Assembly (NCBI GenBank): GCA_041484665.1
Contig: JBGPIA010000002.1
Coordinates: 1-64,000, forward strand
Direction: 5' to 3'
DNA: 64,000 bases
DNA from: Candidatus Krumholzibacteriia bacterium
GTDB taxonomy: Bacteria > Krumholzibacteriota > Krumholzibacteriia > JAJRXK01
Each line of letters opens with the position of its first letter. Within the stretch, counting starts at the first letter, position 1. Below the pieces are notes generated by a model, which was given only the letters and a program-made list of their open reading frames with translations, searched no databases and was not told the origin of the DNA. This document shows, piece after piece, positions 28,933 through 38,875 of this stretch. Position numbers and translations under genes: made by a program.

Positions 28933-31374
28933 TCACTCCCCTGGTTCGGCCAAGGGCCAGCTCAAGAGATTGATGAACGCACGCACAGCGCCGGGATTCC
29001 CTTCGCGCAGCTGCCGCCACCAGGAGAGGCTCGTGTAGGTGTACGCGCCCTTGCCCACGCGCGCGCACAGGATTCCGCCGTCCAGCGGCGGCTCGCCCGC
29101 ATCGGACATCCGGACCAGGGGCGTGTAGGCTGCGTCCCACTGGTCTGGGAAGTAGAGGCCGCGCTCCTGGACCCATCCGTCCCAGTCGGCGGCGGTCAAC
29201 TCATTGGGATAGTGGAAGAACGGGTGGTTGGGAGCCAGGGCGGTCACCGGCGCGTCCTCATCGACCACCCGAGCGCGACCGACGTGCAGCGGGAGCGGGG
29301 GCCACGGCGAGGGGCGGTTGGGGTCGGGCTGCCAGTCGAAGTCCTTCTCGTAGCAGACCACCAGGTGCCCGCCCGCGCGGACGTACTCGAGCAACCTGGC
29401 GTTGTCGTCGCGCAGGTCCGGGCGCGCTTGGTAGGCACGGACATCCACGAGGATCACCGGGTAACGCGAGAGATCCGCGCTGCGAAGGTCGTACGGGTGG
29501 TGCAGCGACTCGATCGAAACGCACTCCTGGAGCTGATAACCCATCGTGTGATCCGTGCCGTCGATGACGCCAACCTTGCTAGAGCGAGGCACTACAGGTG
29601 GCAGGTCGTTCGTTCGCGGATAACGCCACGACGGGGGGTTCATGCGCACGAAGTGGAGGCGGATCGCGAGCGTGTCGGCGTAGGCGCAGGGCACCTTCAA
29701 TAGAATGGAACTTGGCGTCGTCGCAGTCGCCAGCAGCCCGAGTTCTCCGTGGTAGACGATGAGGCCGTCACGATCCGCGGACGCCTCCCGACCAGTGGCC
29801 GAGAATGGCCTGCAGACGGAGATTTGCCGGTCCACGCGATCGACCGGTACGGGCGCAGCCAGGGTCAGGTCCTTGCCGCGACGCTGGGGCCCGGGAAGCC
29901 CGACGGCGACGGAACCCGGCAAGGTCCATAGCTGGAGACGTAGGAACGCCGCATCCCGCGCCGTCGTCAAGAAGGGCAGTGGCTCCACGGCCTGCAGCCA
30001 CGCGCGCTGACATCGATCGGGGAGGGGAATCCGCCGGACCTCCATGGCGCCCGTCCGATCGGTCAGCCGGATCCGCACCGAGTCCAGGACCGTTTGCCTC
30101 ACGCGCAGGTAGCGCTCGCTGGGGTAGGTCGGCCTGGCCTCCCGCGAGCTGCTAATGGTGATTCCCCAGCCTTCGCCCGTGCGAAACGCGCTCGCGCGCA
30201 GCCCAGTCGGCAAGGGTTCGAGAAGCTCGACTGACACCATCGCCTGCGCGCCCGGGCCACGCAGGCGAAGCGTGTCGGCCCCATCGGGGAGCGCGAGCAG
30301 CGGCGGAGCTGCGAGCGCCAGGGTTCGTCCCTGCTCGAGTCGCGCCGCGGTCGCTCGCAGGCTCGCCGCCTCGCGGTCCTCGCGCGGCGCGATCAACCGC
30401 CCCAATCCATCACGACTGAGCGGTTGACGCTCGGCCGCCCAGGCGGCGATCGCACGGGCATCGCCGACGCCCTCCACCGCGCAATAGCGCTTGATCGCGG
30501 GTCCGGTCGGAATGGGGGAGAGACCCATCCCTTGCGAGAGGTGCCGCCGCAGCGCCACGAGGGCGCGCCCGGCGCAGCTCCAGGGGAGCCCGGGCGCGCT
30601 GTCTGAGGCGTCCACCGCGACGGTCGCAGAGTCCGGCGACGACGTCAGCTCCAGCAGGGCGGCCGGTGCCGCCGGATCGTGCAGCTGCGTCAGCTCCCGG
30701 CACGCGCGCCGCAGCAGGATGCTGGTGGCGCGATGGTGGCCGTGTCCCTCCCAGGGCGTGTGGTGCGTAATCACGATGTCGGGATCGAAGGCGCGGATCT
30801 CGTCGATCAATCGCGCGAGCGTTGCCTGCTCGCCCCATTGCTGCAGGGCTTCCTCCGCATGCTTGCTGAATCCGAAATCGATGCAGTTGAGGAACGAGAT
30901 CGTCGCCCCATAGCCTTCGGCCGCCGCCTGACACTCGCGGCTGCGCAGTGCGCCGAGCTCGTCGCCCAGCTCGGGTCCGGTCTCGTTCTGGCCGCCCTCG
31001 CCACGAGTGACATACAGGACGTGCGTGCGCCAGCCCATGACCTGGCGCATCCAGGTCAACGTCGGCCCATCCTCGTCGTCGGGATGCGCGGCAACGTTCA
31101 TCACGCGAATATCGCTCTGAGCATCCAGACGCAGCAGCTTTGCGCGCGACGGCAGGTCGTCGATCGCGTGCTGCAGCAGGACCTCCTCCTGCCGCATCGC
31201 AGACGACAGGGGAGAGGCCAAAGCAGCCGCATGTGACGAACCGGATGGAGCCGCGGCGCGCACGTCCGTCGGTGGAGACGTGATGTGGAGCGGCAACGCC
31301 GCTGCTGCAGCGGTTGCCGCCCCGGCGACCAGCAGCAGCGCCACGCGGGCGGACGCACATGCGCGCGTGGCCAT
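28933..31374 (-). CDS. Secreted PIG-L/LmbE family de-N-acetylase with C-terminal glutamine-amidotransferase-like domain
   Basis: ATG 31374 coupled (TGATG) to the permease stop. AAHPDDED, TRGEGGQN..GPE, DFGFSK, HGHH, WDGWVQERGLYF. Confidence 0.88.
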   Translation of the reverse strand: MATRACASARVALLLVAGAATAAAAALPLHITSPPTDVRAAAPSGSSHAAALASPLSSAMRQEEVLLQHAIDDLPSRAKLLRLDAQSDIRVMNVAAHPDDEDGPTLTWMRQVMGWRTHVLYVTRGEGGQNETGPELGDELGALRSRECQAAAEGYGATISFLNCIDFGFSKHAEEALQQWGEQATLARLIDEIRAFDPDIVITHHTPWEGHGHHRATSILLRRACRELTQLHDPAAPAALLELTSSPDSATVAVDASDSAPGLPWSCAGRALVALRRHLSQGMGLSPIPTGPAIKRYCAVEGVGDARAIAAWAAERQPLSRDGLGRLIAPREDREAASLRATAARLEQGRTLALAAPPLLALPDGADTLRLRGPGAQAMVSVELLEPLPTGLRASAFRTGEGWGITISSSREARPTYPSERYLRVRQTVLDSVRIRLTDRTGAMEVRRIPLPDRCQRAWLQAVEPLPFLTTARDAAFLRLQLWTLPGSVAVGLPGPQRRGKDLTLAAPVPVDRVDRQISVCRPFSATGREASADRDGLIVYHGELGLLATATTPSSILLKVPCAYADTLAIRLHFVRMNPPSWRYPRTNDLPPVVPRSSKVGVIDGTDHTMGYQLQECVSIESLHHPYDLRSADLSRYPVILVDVRAYQARPDLRDDNARLLEYVRAGGHLVVCYEKDFDWQPDPNRPSPWPPLPLHVGRARVVDEDAPVTALAPNHPFFHYPNELTAADWDGWVQERGLYFPDQWDAAYTPLVRMSDAGEPPLDGGILCARVGKGAYTYTSLSWWRQLREGNPGAVRAFINLLSWPLAEPGE

Positions 31375-33074
31375 CAGCGGACAGATATCCCGCGCGCGTC
31401 GGTCCATGGATCGGCAGCCTTGGGGGCGATGGCCAGGACGATGGTCAGCAACAGCGACAGCCAGCAGCCCAGCGCGGCGGCCTGCCCCAGGTTGAATACG
31501 CGCAGCTGCGAGAGGATCTCCAGGCTGACCGGACGGTTCTCGGGCACGTAGAGCAGAACCGAGACGACGAATTCGCCCATCGCCGACACGAACACCACCG
31601 CGCTGGCTGCCAACAAGGCGGGGCGTACGACAGGCAACGTGACCGCCAGCGCCGCGCGCCACGGCGACGCGCCCAGCGTGCGCGCCACCGCCTCGAGCGC
31701 CGCTCCGCGTGACTGCAGCGCGCTGGCCACGGCGCGGATCTGCAGCGGCACGAAGCGTAGGACGTAAGCCCAGGGCAGAAGCCACGGGGTCGACGCCAGC
31801 ACCAGGCCGAATCCGGCCGCGGTGGGGCGATTGTACGCGGCGATCCAGCTCACGGCGAGCGCGGTCGCGGGCACGGCCCACGGTACCAGCGCCGCGAGGT
31901 CGGCGAGCGGGCGCAGGCGCACCGGTCCCAGCGCGCTCGCCCGCCCCACCAGCCAGGCCCAGGCCGCTCCGATCACGGTGGCGGGCAGGGCCATCAGCGC
32001 GCTGTGGGTCAGCGGACGCAGCGATTGCGCCTGCGACAAGAGTCCCCGGTGGTTGGCCAGCGTGAAGCTGGGCGGCAGGGGTTGCGAGGTCCACGTGCCG
32101 TCCCGCACGAGGCTCAGCAGCCACAGTGTCAGGTGGGGCAGCGCCGCCGCCAGCAGCACGGCCAGAGCGAGCGCCGTGTGCCCCGCCGCCGCGCGGCCGC
32201 GCGGCCGTACCGGCAACAACCCGCGCCGCGCCCGCCCCGCAGATACGCCCGGGCGCACCACGAGCAGCAGCAAGCTGATCCCCGCCAGCACGACGGTCTC
32301 CAGCTCGGCCATCGCGTGGTCGCCTGCCAGGCCGCGCGCCACGATCTCGGTGCTCAGGAAGCGGGCGCCCCCACCCACCAGGTACGGCGCGCTGAAGCTG
32401 GCCATGCTCGACATGAAGGTGAGCCAGGCGGCGCTCCACATCGCGGCGCGCAGCTGTGGCCACCAGGCCATGCGTGCACGTGTCCAGCGGCCTGCTCCGG
32501 CGCACCGCGCGGCCATGTCGAGCTCACCGTCGACTGCCGCGAAGGCGTCGCGCAGCAGGAGGTAAGCCAGGGGAGCGAAGCTGTACACATGCACCACCAG
32601 CACCGCGAGCACGCCCGAGAGACGCGGGAACGATTCCACGTGCAGCCAGGCGCGCAGGACGCCATGCAGCAGACCGACGTCGCCCCACAGGAACAGGAAG
32701 GCCATCACGCCAACGATCGGCGGCAGCGCCAGCGGCAGCAGGCACGCCAACTCTGCGAGCCCGCGCATCGGGAAACGCCGTCGTGCGATCCAGCCCGCCA
32801 CTGCGGCGCCCAGCGCGGTCGACAGCAATGCGCTCACCACGCTGACCACCACGCTCGTGAGGGTCGCCTCGCGAACGGTCTGCCCCGCAGGCGAGACCAG
32901 CGTGCGCCAGGCGCTGGCGCGCGTCACGCTGCCGGCGAGGAGCAGCACGAGCGGCGCGAGCACTGCCCACGCCAGCACGAGCGCCGCGGCGCCTTCGGCG
33001 CCCGTCGTTCCGCCGAGTCGCAGCGCTCCGCCCTCGCGAGTCCGCCAAAGCGCTCGCCGCATCCCGGCCGTCAC
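31374..33074 (-). CDS. ABC transporter permease, FbpB/AfuB type (two fused BPD_transp_1 domains)
   Basis: GTGA overlap at 33074. Two EAA-like loops (ELDMAARCAGA; ALEAVARTLGASPW). Confidence 0.88.
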   Translation of the reverse strand: MTAGMRRALWRTREGGALRLGGTTGAEGAAALVLAWAVLAPLVLLLAGSVTRASAWRTLVSPAGQTVREATLTSVVVSVVSALLSTALGAAVAGWIARRRFPMRGLAELACLLPLALPPIVGVMAFLFLWGDVGLLHGVLRAWLHVESFPRLSGVLAVLVVHVYSFAPLAYLLLRDAFAAVDGELDMAARCAGAGRWTRARMAWWPQLRAAMWSAAWLTFMSSMASFSAPYLVGGGARFLSTEIVARGLAGDHAMAELETVVLAGISLLLLVVRPGVSAGRARRGLLPVRPRGRAAAGHTALALAVLLAAALPHLTLWLLSLVRDGTWTSQPLPPSFTLANHRGLLSQAQSLRPLTHSALMALPATVIGAAWAWLVGRASALGPVRLRPLADLAALVPWAVPATALAVSWIAAYNRPTAAGFGLVLASTPWLLPWAYVLRFVPLQIRAVASALQSRGAALEAVARTLGASPWRAALAVTLPVVRPALLAASAVVFVSAMGEFVVSVLLYVPENRPVSLEILSQLRVFNLGQAAALGCWLSLLLTIVLAIAPKAADPWTDARGISVR

Positions 33075-34243
33075 GGCGAAGCTCCTGCCTCGTCGGCCGC
33101 CTCCGCTGTCGCCGCGCCGGCGCGCCGCAGCCCCGCCTCCCACGGCACCGTCCACGGGCGCTGCGGCAGTTGCACCGCGCCACGCTGATTGGTCGCGATC
33201 TGCGCCGGAAGCTGGCTTGCCCATACGCCCCGGCCATCGGCCAGCCGGCACAGCGCGCGCTGACCCGCGCCCAGATCCACCACGGCCTCGACGATGGCCG
33301 CGAGCTCTGCGGAGGCGGGCTGCGCAGTCGAGAAGCGTACCTCCTCCGCACGCAACAATGCCCAGCACGGCTGCGCGCCGGCGGGAACCGGCGGCGCAGC
33401 GCCCAGCGCGCTCGCCAGCTCCGCGGTGGACACGGCGCGCGCTGCGAGCCCGCTGTCTCGCGCCGGCGCGAGATCCGACGCCGACAGCAGCTGCACGCGC
33501 CCATCGGCCCAGCGGCACGCCGGCAGCGCGCTGACCGGGCCCAGCAGCTCGGCGGCGTCGCGGTCGACCGGCTGCCGGTAGAGCTCAGAGGGCTCTCCAG
33601 TCTGCACCAACGCGCCATCGCGCAAGAGGCCCATGCGATCGGCCAACCAGAAGGCGTCCTCGCGATCGTGGGTCACCAGCACCGTGGTGACGCCCCAGCT
33701 CGCGCGCAGCTCGCGCAGCTGGACGCGCACCGCCTGGCGCAATGCTGGATCGATGTTGCTCAGCGGCTCGTCCATGAGCAGCAACCGCGGACGGGCGGCC
33801 AGCGCGCGGGCGAGCGCAACGCGCTGCTGCTCGCCGCCGGAGAGCTCGCCGGGGGGGCGCTGCAGCGCCCGTGTCAGGCCCAGCCGCTGTCCCCATTCGG
33901 TCGCGAGCGCGCGGGCCTGCGCCCGTGAGGCGCCCTGCTGGCGCGCGCCGAAGGCAATGTTGTCGAGGGCGGACATTCCGGGGAAGAGCGCGTAACTCTG
34001 GAAGACCATCCCCACCCGGCGACGCTCGGGGGGCAGGCGGGAGATCTCGTCGTCGCCGAGGAAGATGCGTCCTGCCCGGACCGGGATCAGTCCCGCGATG
34101 GCCAAAAGCAGCGTCGACTTGCCACCGCCGCTCGCACCCAGCAGGGCGAAGCACGAGCCCGACGGGACCGTGAGCGACACGCCGGGCAGAACGGTGCGGT
34201 CCGCGTAGGCGACGCGCAGCCCCTCCACGCGCAGCTGGCTCAC
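33071..34243 (-). CDS. ABC transporter ATP-binding protein, FbpC/AfuC type
   Basis: GTGA overlap at 34243. GASGGGKST, MVFQSYALFP, LSGGEQQRVALARAL, LLMDEP, VTHD. Confidence 0.93.
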   Translation of the reverse strand: MSQLRVEGLRVAYADRTVLPGVSLTVPSGSCFALLGASGGGKSTLLLAIAGLIPVRAGRIFLGDDEISRLPPERRRVGMVFQSYALFPGMSALDNIAFGARQQGASRAQARALATEWGQRLGLTRALQRPPGELSGGEQQRVALARALAARPRLLLMDEPLSNIDPALRQAVRVQLRELRASWGVTTVLVTHDREDAFWLADRMGLLRDGALVQTGEPSELYRQPVDRDAAELLGPVSALPACRWADGRVQLLSASDLAPARDSGLAARAVSTAELASALGAAPPVPAGAQPCWALLRAEEVRFSTAQPASAELAAIVEAVVDLGAGQRALCRLADGRGVWASQLPAQIATNQRGAVQLPQRPWTVPWEAGLRRAGAATAEAADEAGASP

Positions 34244-35271
34244 GGGTTCCCCTGGAGGTAGGCCTTCCCCCGGCCCTTGATCTGCGTGTCGAAGATGTTC
34301 ATCCAGCGCCCGCCGTCCCGGGCCAGCCTCGCCCAGTCCATGGGGAGCGCCAAGACCGGCGTGCGCATCCACTCGGGCAGCTGCTGGGCATCGAGGTCGG
34401 TCCGGGCGGGGATCCGGTAGTACGCCTGCGCCAGGTGCACGGCCATCACCGGCGAGGTCACGAATTCATAGAAATCACGCGCGGCCTGCGGGTGCGGTGC
34501 TCTGGCCACGATGGCGATGCCGTCCACCAGCACGGGCGTCCCTTCCTGGGGGATCACGTAGGCGAACGGGAACTTGTAGCGCTCGATCTGCAGCATGGCG
34601 TCGGGCAGGTTCCACAGCGTGAGATCGGCGTTTCCGCGGGCCAGAGTCAGGAAGAGCAGCGTCGGGTTCTGCGCGTAGAGCGCCGTCGCGCCGTCGAGGC
34701 GGGCCAGGGTGCGCAGCCCCTCGCGCTCGTCGTGTGCCGAAAGGACGATCGAGCCGAAGATGGCCAACATGGTGCCGCTGGCCACCGGCTCACGCAGGAC
34801 GATGCGGCCGGCATAGCGATCCTGCAATAGGTCCGCCACGGTGCGGGGCGCGTCCTGCGCGGCGATCCGCTCGCGGTTGTAGAGGATCACCTCCGGAGTG
34901 AGGAACGTGCCGTACCAGCGATCGCCGGGATCCCTGCGTTCGGCGGGGAGGGCCTGCGCCCAGCTGGGCCGGTAGGGAGCCAGCAGGCTCTCTTGCGCCG
35001 CCGCTGCGAACAGCGTGGCGGGAGCACCGTACCAGACGTCGGCGCGCGGGCGCCGCGCCTCGGCGCGCACCCGGTCGAGGACCTCCTGGCTCCCCATGTC
35101 GAGCCAACGCACGTCCACCTCAGGATGGGCCGCCTCGAAGCGTTGCTCGCAGTCGGCCAGCAGCTCCTTGCCATGGGGGCTGTAGACGGTGAGCGTCTGC
35201 CGCTGAGCCGCCGCGGTCTCGCCCAACCCGGCTACGATGACCCACCACAACAGCCAGACAACAGCGCGCAT
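34240..35271 (-). CDS. ABC transporter substrate-binding protein, FbpA/AfuA type
   Basis: Signal peptide MRAVVWLLWW. TVYSPHG, RVRAE..RPRADVWYG, P.ASGT. Confidence 0.88.
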   Translation of the reverse strand: MRAVVWLLWWVIVAGLGETAAAQRQTLTVYSPHGKELLADCEQRFEAAHPEVDVRWLDMGSQEVLDRVRAEARRPRADVWYGAPATLFAAAAQESLLAPYRPSWAQALPAERRDPGDRWYGTFLTPEVILYNRERIAAQDAPRTVADLLQDRYAGRIVLREPVASGTMLAIFGSIVLSAHDEREGLRTLARLDGATALYAQNPTLLFLTLARGNADLTLWNLPDAMLQIERYKFPFAYVIPQEGTPVLVDGIAIVARAPHPQAARDFYEFVTSPVMAVHLAQAYYRIPARTDLDAQQLPEWMRTPVLALPMDWARLARDGGRWMNIFDTQIKGRGKAYLQGNP

Positions 35272-35369
35272 GGGGCCGAGATTCCCATGGCGCCATGGGC
35301 CTGTCAACGCGCCCTCCGGACGCCGGAACTCCGTTGCAGGCGGCACCGCGCCGGAATAAGGTTGGGAGC

Positions 35370-37016
35370 ATGGACGCACGCACACGCACGATCCCGACCC
35401 GCTGGCCACTCGTAGTGCTGCTCGCCGCTTTGACGTACGGCTGCGCCAAGGAGCCGGCGCAGCAGCCCCCCGCCAAGGTGCCGGCGCAGCCCGTCCCGGG
35501 CGGAACGCTTACGGCTGCCGTGGAGGCCGAGCCGGACAACCTGAACCCGCTCATCTATTCCAGCACCTACTCCGGTGATGTCATGTCGATGCTGAACGAC
35601 CCGGTCATCTCCATGAACGCGCGCTTCGAGTGGGACCCGAAGCTGTGCGAGAGCTGGGAGTTCTCCCCCGACGGGCTCACGCTGCTCTTCCATCTGCGTA
35701 AGGGCGTGCGCTGGAACGACGATGCGCCGTTCTCGGCCTACGACGTTCAGAGCACGTACCGCCTGTGCAACGACCCGCGCGTGCCCTATCCCCACCGCAG
35801 CAATTACCTGAACTGGGTGGGCCTCACCGCGCAGGACAGCTTCACGGTGGTCGTCCAGTACAAGATCCGCTATCCCGACCAGCTCTTCGACACCAACTTC
35901 AACATCCTGCCCGCCCACATCGTGGACCAGCTCGACCCGGCGGAGATTGCCGAGTGGCCCATCAATCGCCACCCGGTGACGTTGGGGGCCTACCGGCTGG
36001 CGCGCTGGGACCCGGGCCAGCAACTCGTCCTCGAGCGCAATCCCACCTACTTCGACGCCCCGCCCTACCTGGACCGCATCGTGCTCAAGGTCACCCCCGA
36101 GGAATCGGTGCGCCTGCTCCAGCTCGAGAACGGCGAGGTCGATCTGGTGGAGTCCATTCCCAGCAAGGACATCGAGCGCATCAAGCGCAATCCAAATCTC
36201 CAAGTCTATCCGCTCTCCGGGCGCCTGATGGGATACCTGCAGTACAACTTCAAACGGCCGCAGCTGGCCGACGCGCGCGTGCGGCATGCGATCAGCTCGG
36301 CCATCGACCGGCGCGCGATGGTGGAGGGGCTGATGTACGGATACGCCCAGCCTGCCGCCTCGCCGATGACGCCGGCAGCGGGGGCCGGGTGGGCGTACGA
36401 TGCCAGCCTCAAGCCCGACCCGTACGATCCCGACCGCTCGCGGCAGTTGCTGGCGGAGGCTGGCTGGATCGACCACGATGGCGACGGAGTGCTCGACAAG
36501 GACGGGCAGGTGCTCGAGATCGAGCTCAAGACGCGCACCGGCGATCCGGTGCGGGAGGACGGCGCGCTGATCCTGCAAGAGAATCTGGCGCGCGTCGGCA
36601 TCCGGGTGAAGACGCGCCTGATGGAGATGGCCGCCGTCCTCAACCAGGTGCACAATGGGGAGTTCGACGTGTATTACGGCCAGTGGCGCAGTCGGTTGTC
36701 CCCCGACCTGACCGCGCTCTTCGGCACGGCGCAGACTCACGACGCGGGGGGCTTCAACGACGGAGGGTACAGCAATCCCCGCGTCGACGAGCTGATGCGC
36801 CAGGCTGTCAGCGAGCTCGACCGCGAGAAGGCCAAGCCCCTCTGGCACGAGGTGCAGCGTCTACTCGTGGAGGACCAGCCCTGGACGCCGCTCTACTATC
36901 GGGATCTGGTCGTGGGGATCAACCGTCGGTTCCAAGACTGCACTCCGCACCTGCTCTCTGCGTACTACGGAATCGAGAAGTGGTGGGAGGCCCCTCCGGC
37001 AGCCGCCTCCCATTGA
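35370..37016 (+). CDS. Peptide/nickel ABC substrate-binding lipoprotein (SBP family 5)
   Basis: Lipobox LTYGC. EPDNLNP, LRKGVRWND, GAYRL..W.PG, VRHAIS.AIDR. Confidence 0.92.
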   Translation: MDARTRTIPTRWPLVVLLAALTYGCAKEPAQQPPAKVPAQPVPGGTLTAAVEAEPDNLNPLIYSSTYSGDVMSMLNDPVISMNARFEWDPKLCESWEFSPDGLTLLFHLRKGVRWNDDAPFSAYDVQSTYRLCNDPRVPYPHRSNYLNWVGLTAQDSFTVVVQYKIRYPDQLFDTNFNILPAHIVDQLDPAEIAEWPINRHPVTLGAYRLARWDPGQQLVLERNPTYFDAPPYLDRIVLKVTPEESVRLLQLENGEVDLVESIPSKDIERIKRNPNLQVYPLSGRLMGYLQYNFKRPQLADARVRHAISSAIDRRAMVEGLMYGYAQPAASPMTPAAGAGWAYDASLKPDPYDPDRSRQLLAEAGWIDHDGDGVLDKDGQVLEIELKTRTGDPVREDGALILQENLARVGIRVKTRLMEMAAVLNQVHNGEFDVYYGQWRSRLSPDLTALFGTAQTHDAGGFNDGGYSNPRVDELMRQAVSELDREKAKPLWHEVQRLLVEDQPWTPLYYRDLVVGINRRFQDCTPHLLSAYYGIEKWWEAPPAAASH

Positions 37017-37147
37017 CGAAGCCGTTGCCTCTCCGTAGCTTACAGGGTGGTGTCCCCACAGCGCGGCCGCATGGCCCAGGGTGACGCGCGGCGCGCCGCC
37101 GATCAGCCCGTCGCCGTGCGGGTCCTGCGCCGAGGCCTCCCACTGCG

Positions 37148-38722
37148 ATGCGCAAGCCGGTCCTGGGACGGGTCCTCCTGCTCGCGGCCGCGGCCGCCCT
37201 GTCGGCCGCGGGCGCATGCTCACATTCCAGCCCTACCACCCCGCCTCCGCCGGTCGACCTCTATTTCGAGCCGTCTGACTCCATCGTCACGCGCGGCGCG
37301 CTGCAAACGCTGGAGCTGCGCGTCCGGGCGCGGGATGGCTCCGCCGCGCAGGCCCTGTTCCTGGTCGACGGCGACACGGCCGCCGCCGGGGCGTCCTACG
37401 TGTGGCGGGCCGACCGCCCGGGGCTGACCATCCTGACTGCCAGGGCGCAGCGAGAAGGACGGCAGTACAGCGCCCGGTGGCGCGTCACGGTCACCGACGA
37501 GGGGGCGCTGCCCACCCCACCCGTGACGCACATCACGGCGGAGGTCGGGCCGCTGCCGGGCACGATCCACATCCAGTGGGAGGCTCCGCCCGCCAGCCAG
37601 TACACCATCCCGCCCAAGGAGTACGTGGTGGGGCGGTCGAGCGGCCCGATCCTCTCGTTCTCGGACCTCGGCGTGGACACCACGGTGGTACGGCATCAGA
37701 ACCTCTCCATCGTGCACGAGCTGACGGCCAGCGGGCTGGCCGAACGGCAGGTCTACCACTTCCGCGTGAAGGTGCGCGACACGTTCGGGCGCCAGTCTGC
37801 CCTGGGCACGGAGGCCGTTGCCCCAGCTACCGGGCACTACGACGTCGTGGGCGAGGTCGACGCCTTGCGTCCGGGATTGCCGCTGCAGCCCCAGGACGAG
37901 ATCCTGGTGGGTGTGGGCGATTACAAGCAGCTCACGGACGTGGATGGCCGGTTCGCGCTCTTGCACCTGCCGGACACCTACGAGGCGCCGCTGACGCTGG
38001 CCGACACGCGTCTAGCCCTCTATTCGCTCCAGACGCCGCCGCTGCCCAGAGTGGACCAGAGCCACGCCCTTCTGCTGTTCGAGCGTGGAATCGTGCACGT
38101 GGTGCAGGACACCAGCGAAGCCGACGTGAGCACGCTGGCGTTCTTCAAGACGATCCTCGGCAAGGACCGCCCCTTCTCCACACCACTCTACCGGTGGGTG
38201 AGCTACCCCGTCCGCTTCCATGCGGCCCCCTTCGTGGATGCTTTCGGCGTGGACTACCGGCGATCCATCCTGCAGGGGATCCAGCGGTGGAACGCGGCCG
38301 CCGGGGAGACACTGCTGGAGGCTGTGGACAGCTTCGATCCCACCGGCGACGCGGGAGCGGATTACGCCGTGGACCTGGCGGATGATTCCGGATTCCTGGG
38401 GGACACCCGGATGATCGACCCGCCCGAGTCGGTCGGGCACGTCCGGGAGGTCGTTCCCAGACTCATCACCATGCATCTTCAGACGTTTCGGACCCAGGAG
38501 ATCGCAGACCTGGTCATCACCCACGAGCTGGGGCATGTGCTGCTGCTGGGGCATAGCACCAGCATCACACATCTGATGTACGCCAACCCATCCCCGCTCA
38601 CCGACGCCACCCCGACACCTGAGGAAGGCTACTTCGCGCGCCTCGTCGCGCACATGCCCCAGGGGACGGACCTGGGCAGCTACGCCGAGCCCCACGCCAA
38701 GCTTTCTGCTTCCTCCCGGTAA
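37148..38722 (+). CDS. Lipoprotein with FN3-like domain and metzincin (matrixin-like) Zn-protease domain
   Basis: Lipobox AAGAC. HELGHVLLLGH (38522-38554) followed by the Met-turn LMY. Confidence 0.8.
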   Translation: MRKPVLGRVLLLAAAAALSAAGACSHSSPTTPPPPVDLYFEPSDSIVTRGALQTLELRVRARDGSAAQALFLVDGDTAAAGASYVWRADRPGLTILTARAQREGRQYSARWRVTVTDEGALPTPPVTHITAEVGPLPGTIHIQWEAPPASQYTIPPKEYVVGRSSGPILSFSDLGVDTTVVRHQNLSIVHELTASGLAERQVYHFRVKVRDTFGRQSALGTEAVAPATGHYDVVGEVDALRPGLPLQPQDEILVGVGDYKQLTDVDGRFALLHLPDTYEAPLTLADTRLALYSLQTPPLPRVDQSHALLLFERGIVHVVQDTSEADVSTLAFFKTILGKDRPFSTPLYRWVSYPVRFHAAPFVDAFGVDYRRSILQGIQRWNAAAGETLLEAVDSFDPTGDAGADYAVDLADDSGFLGDTRMIDPPESVGHVREVVPRLITMHLQTFRTQEIADLVITHELGHVLLLGHSTSITHLMYANPSPLTDATPTPEEGYFARLVAHMPQGTDLGSYAEPHAKLSASSR

Positions 38723-38821
38723 CATGGCGCGCGCTGCGCGCGCCCGCAGGTCCGTTCGCACTTGTGGCGCTCTTTTCGGTTGCGTTCGCGCAACAGCTCG
38801 GTTAGCTTGACGCCGGTTCTT

Positions 38822-38840
38822 ACCTTACATTGCGTAAGGT
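38822..38840. promoter_or_regulatory. Operator-like palindrome upstream of basic wHTH gene
   Basis: ACCTTAC-N5-GTAAGGT, just downstream of TTGACG (38807-38812). Confidence 0.45.
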
Positions 38841-38875
38841 TCGAAGGCTCCAACACCCTCAAGGAAGGAATCCGT

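Noticed and set aside
31375..32505. N-terminal 376 aa of the 1190-aa ORF 28933-32505
   Set aside because: Overlaps the permease in another frame. The real start is the coupled ATG at 31374, which is followed by a signal peptide.
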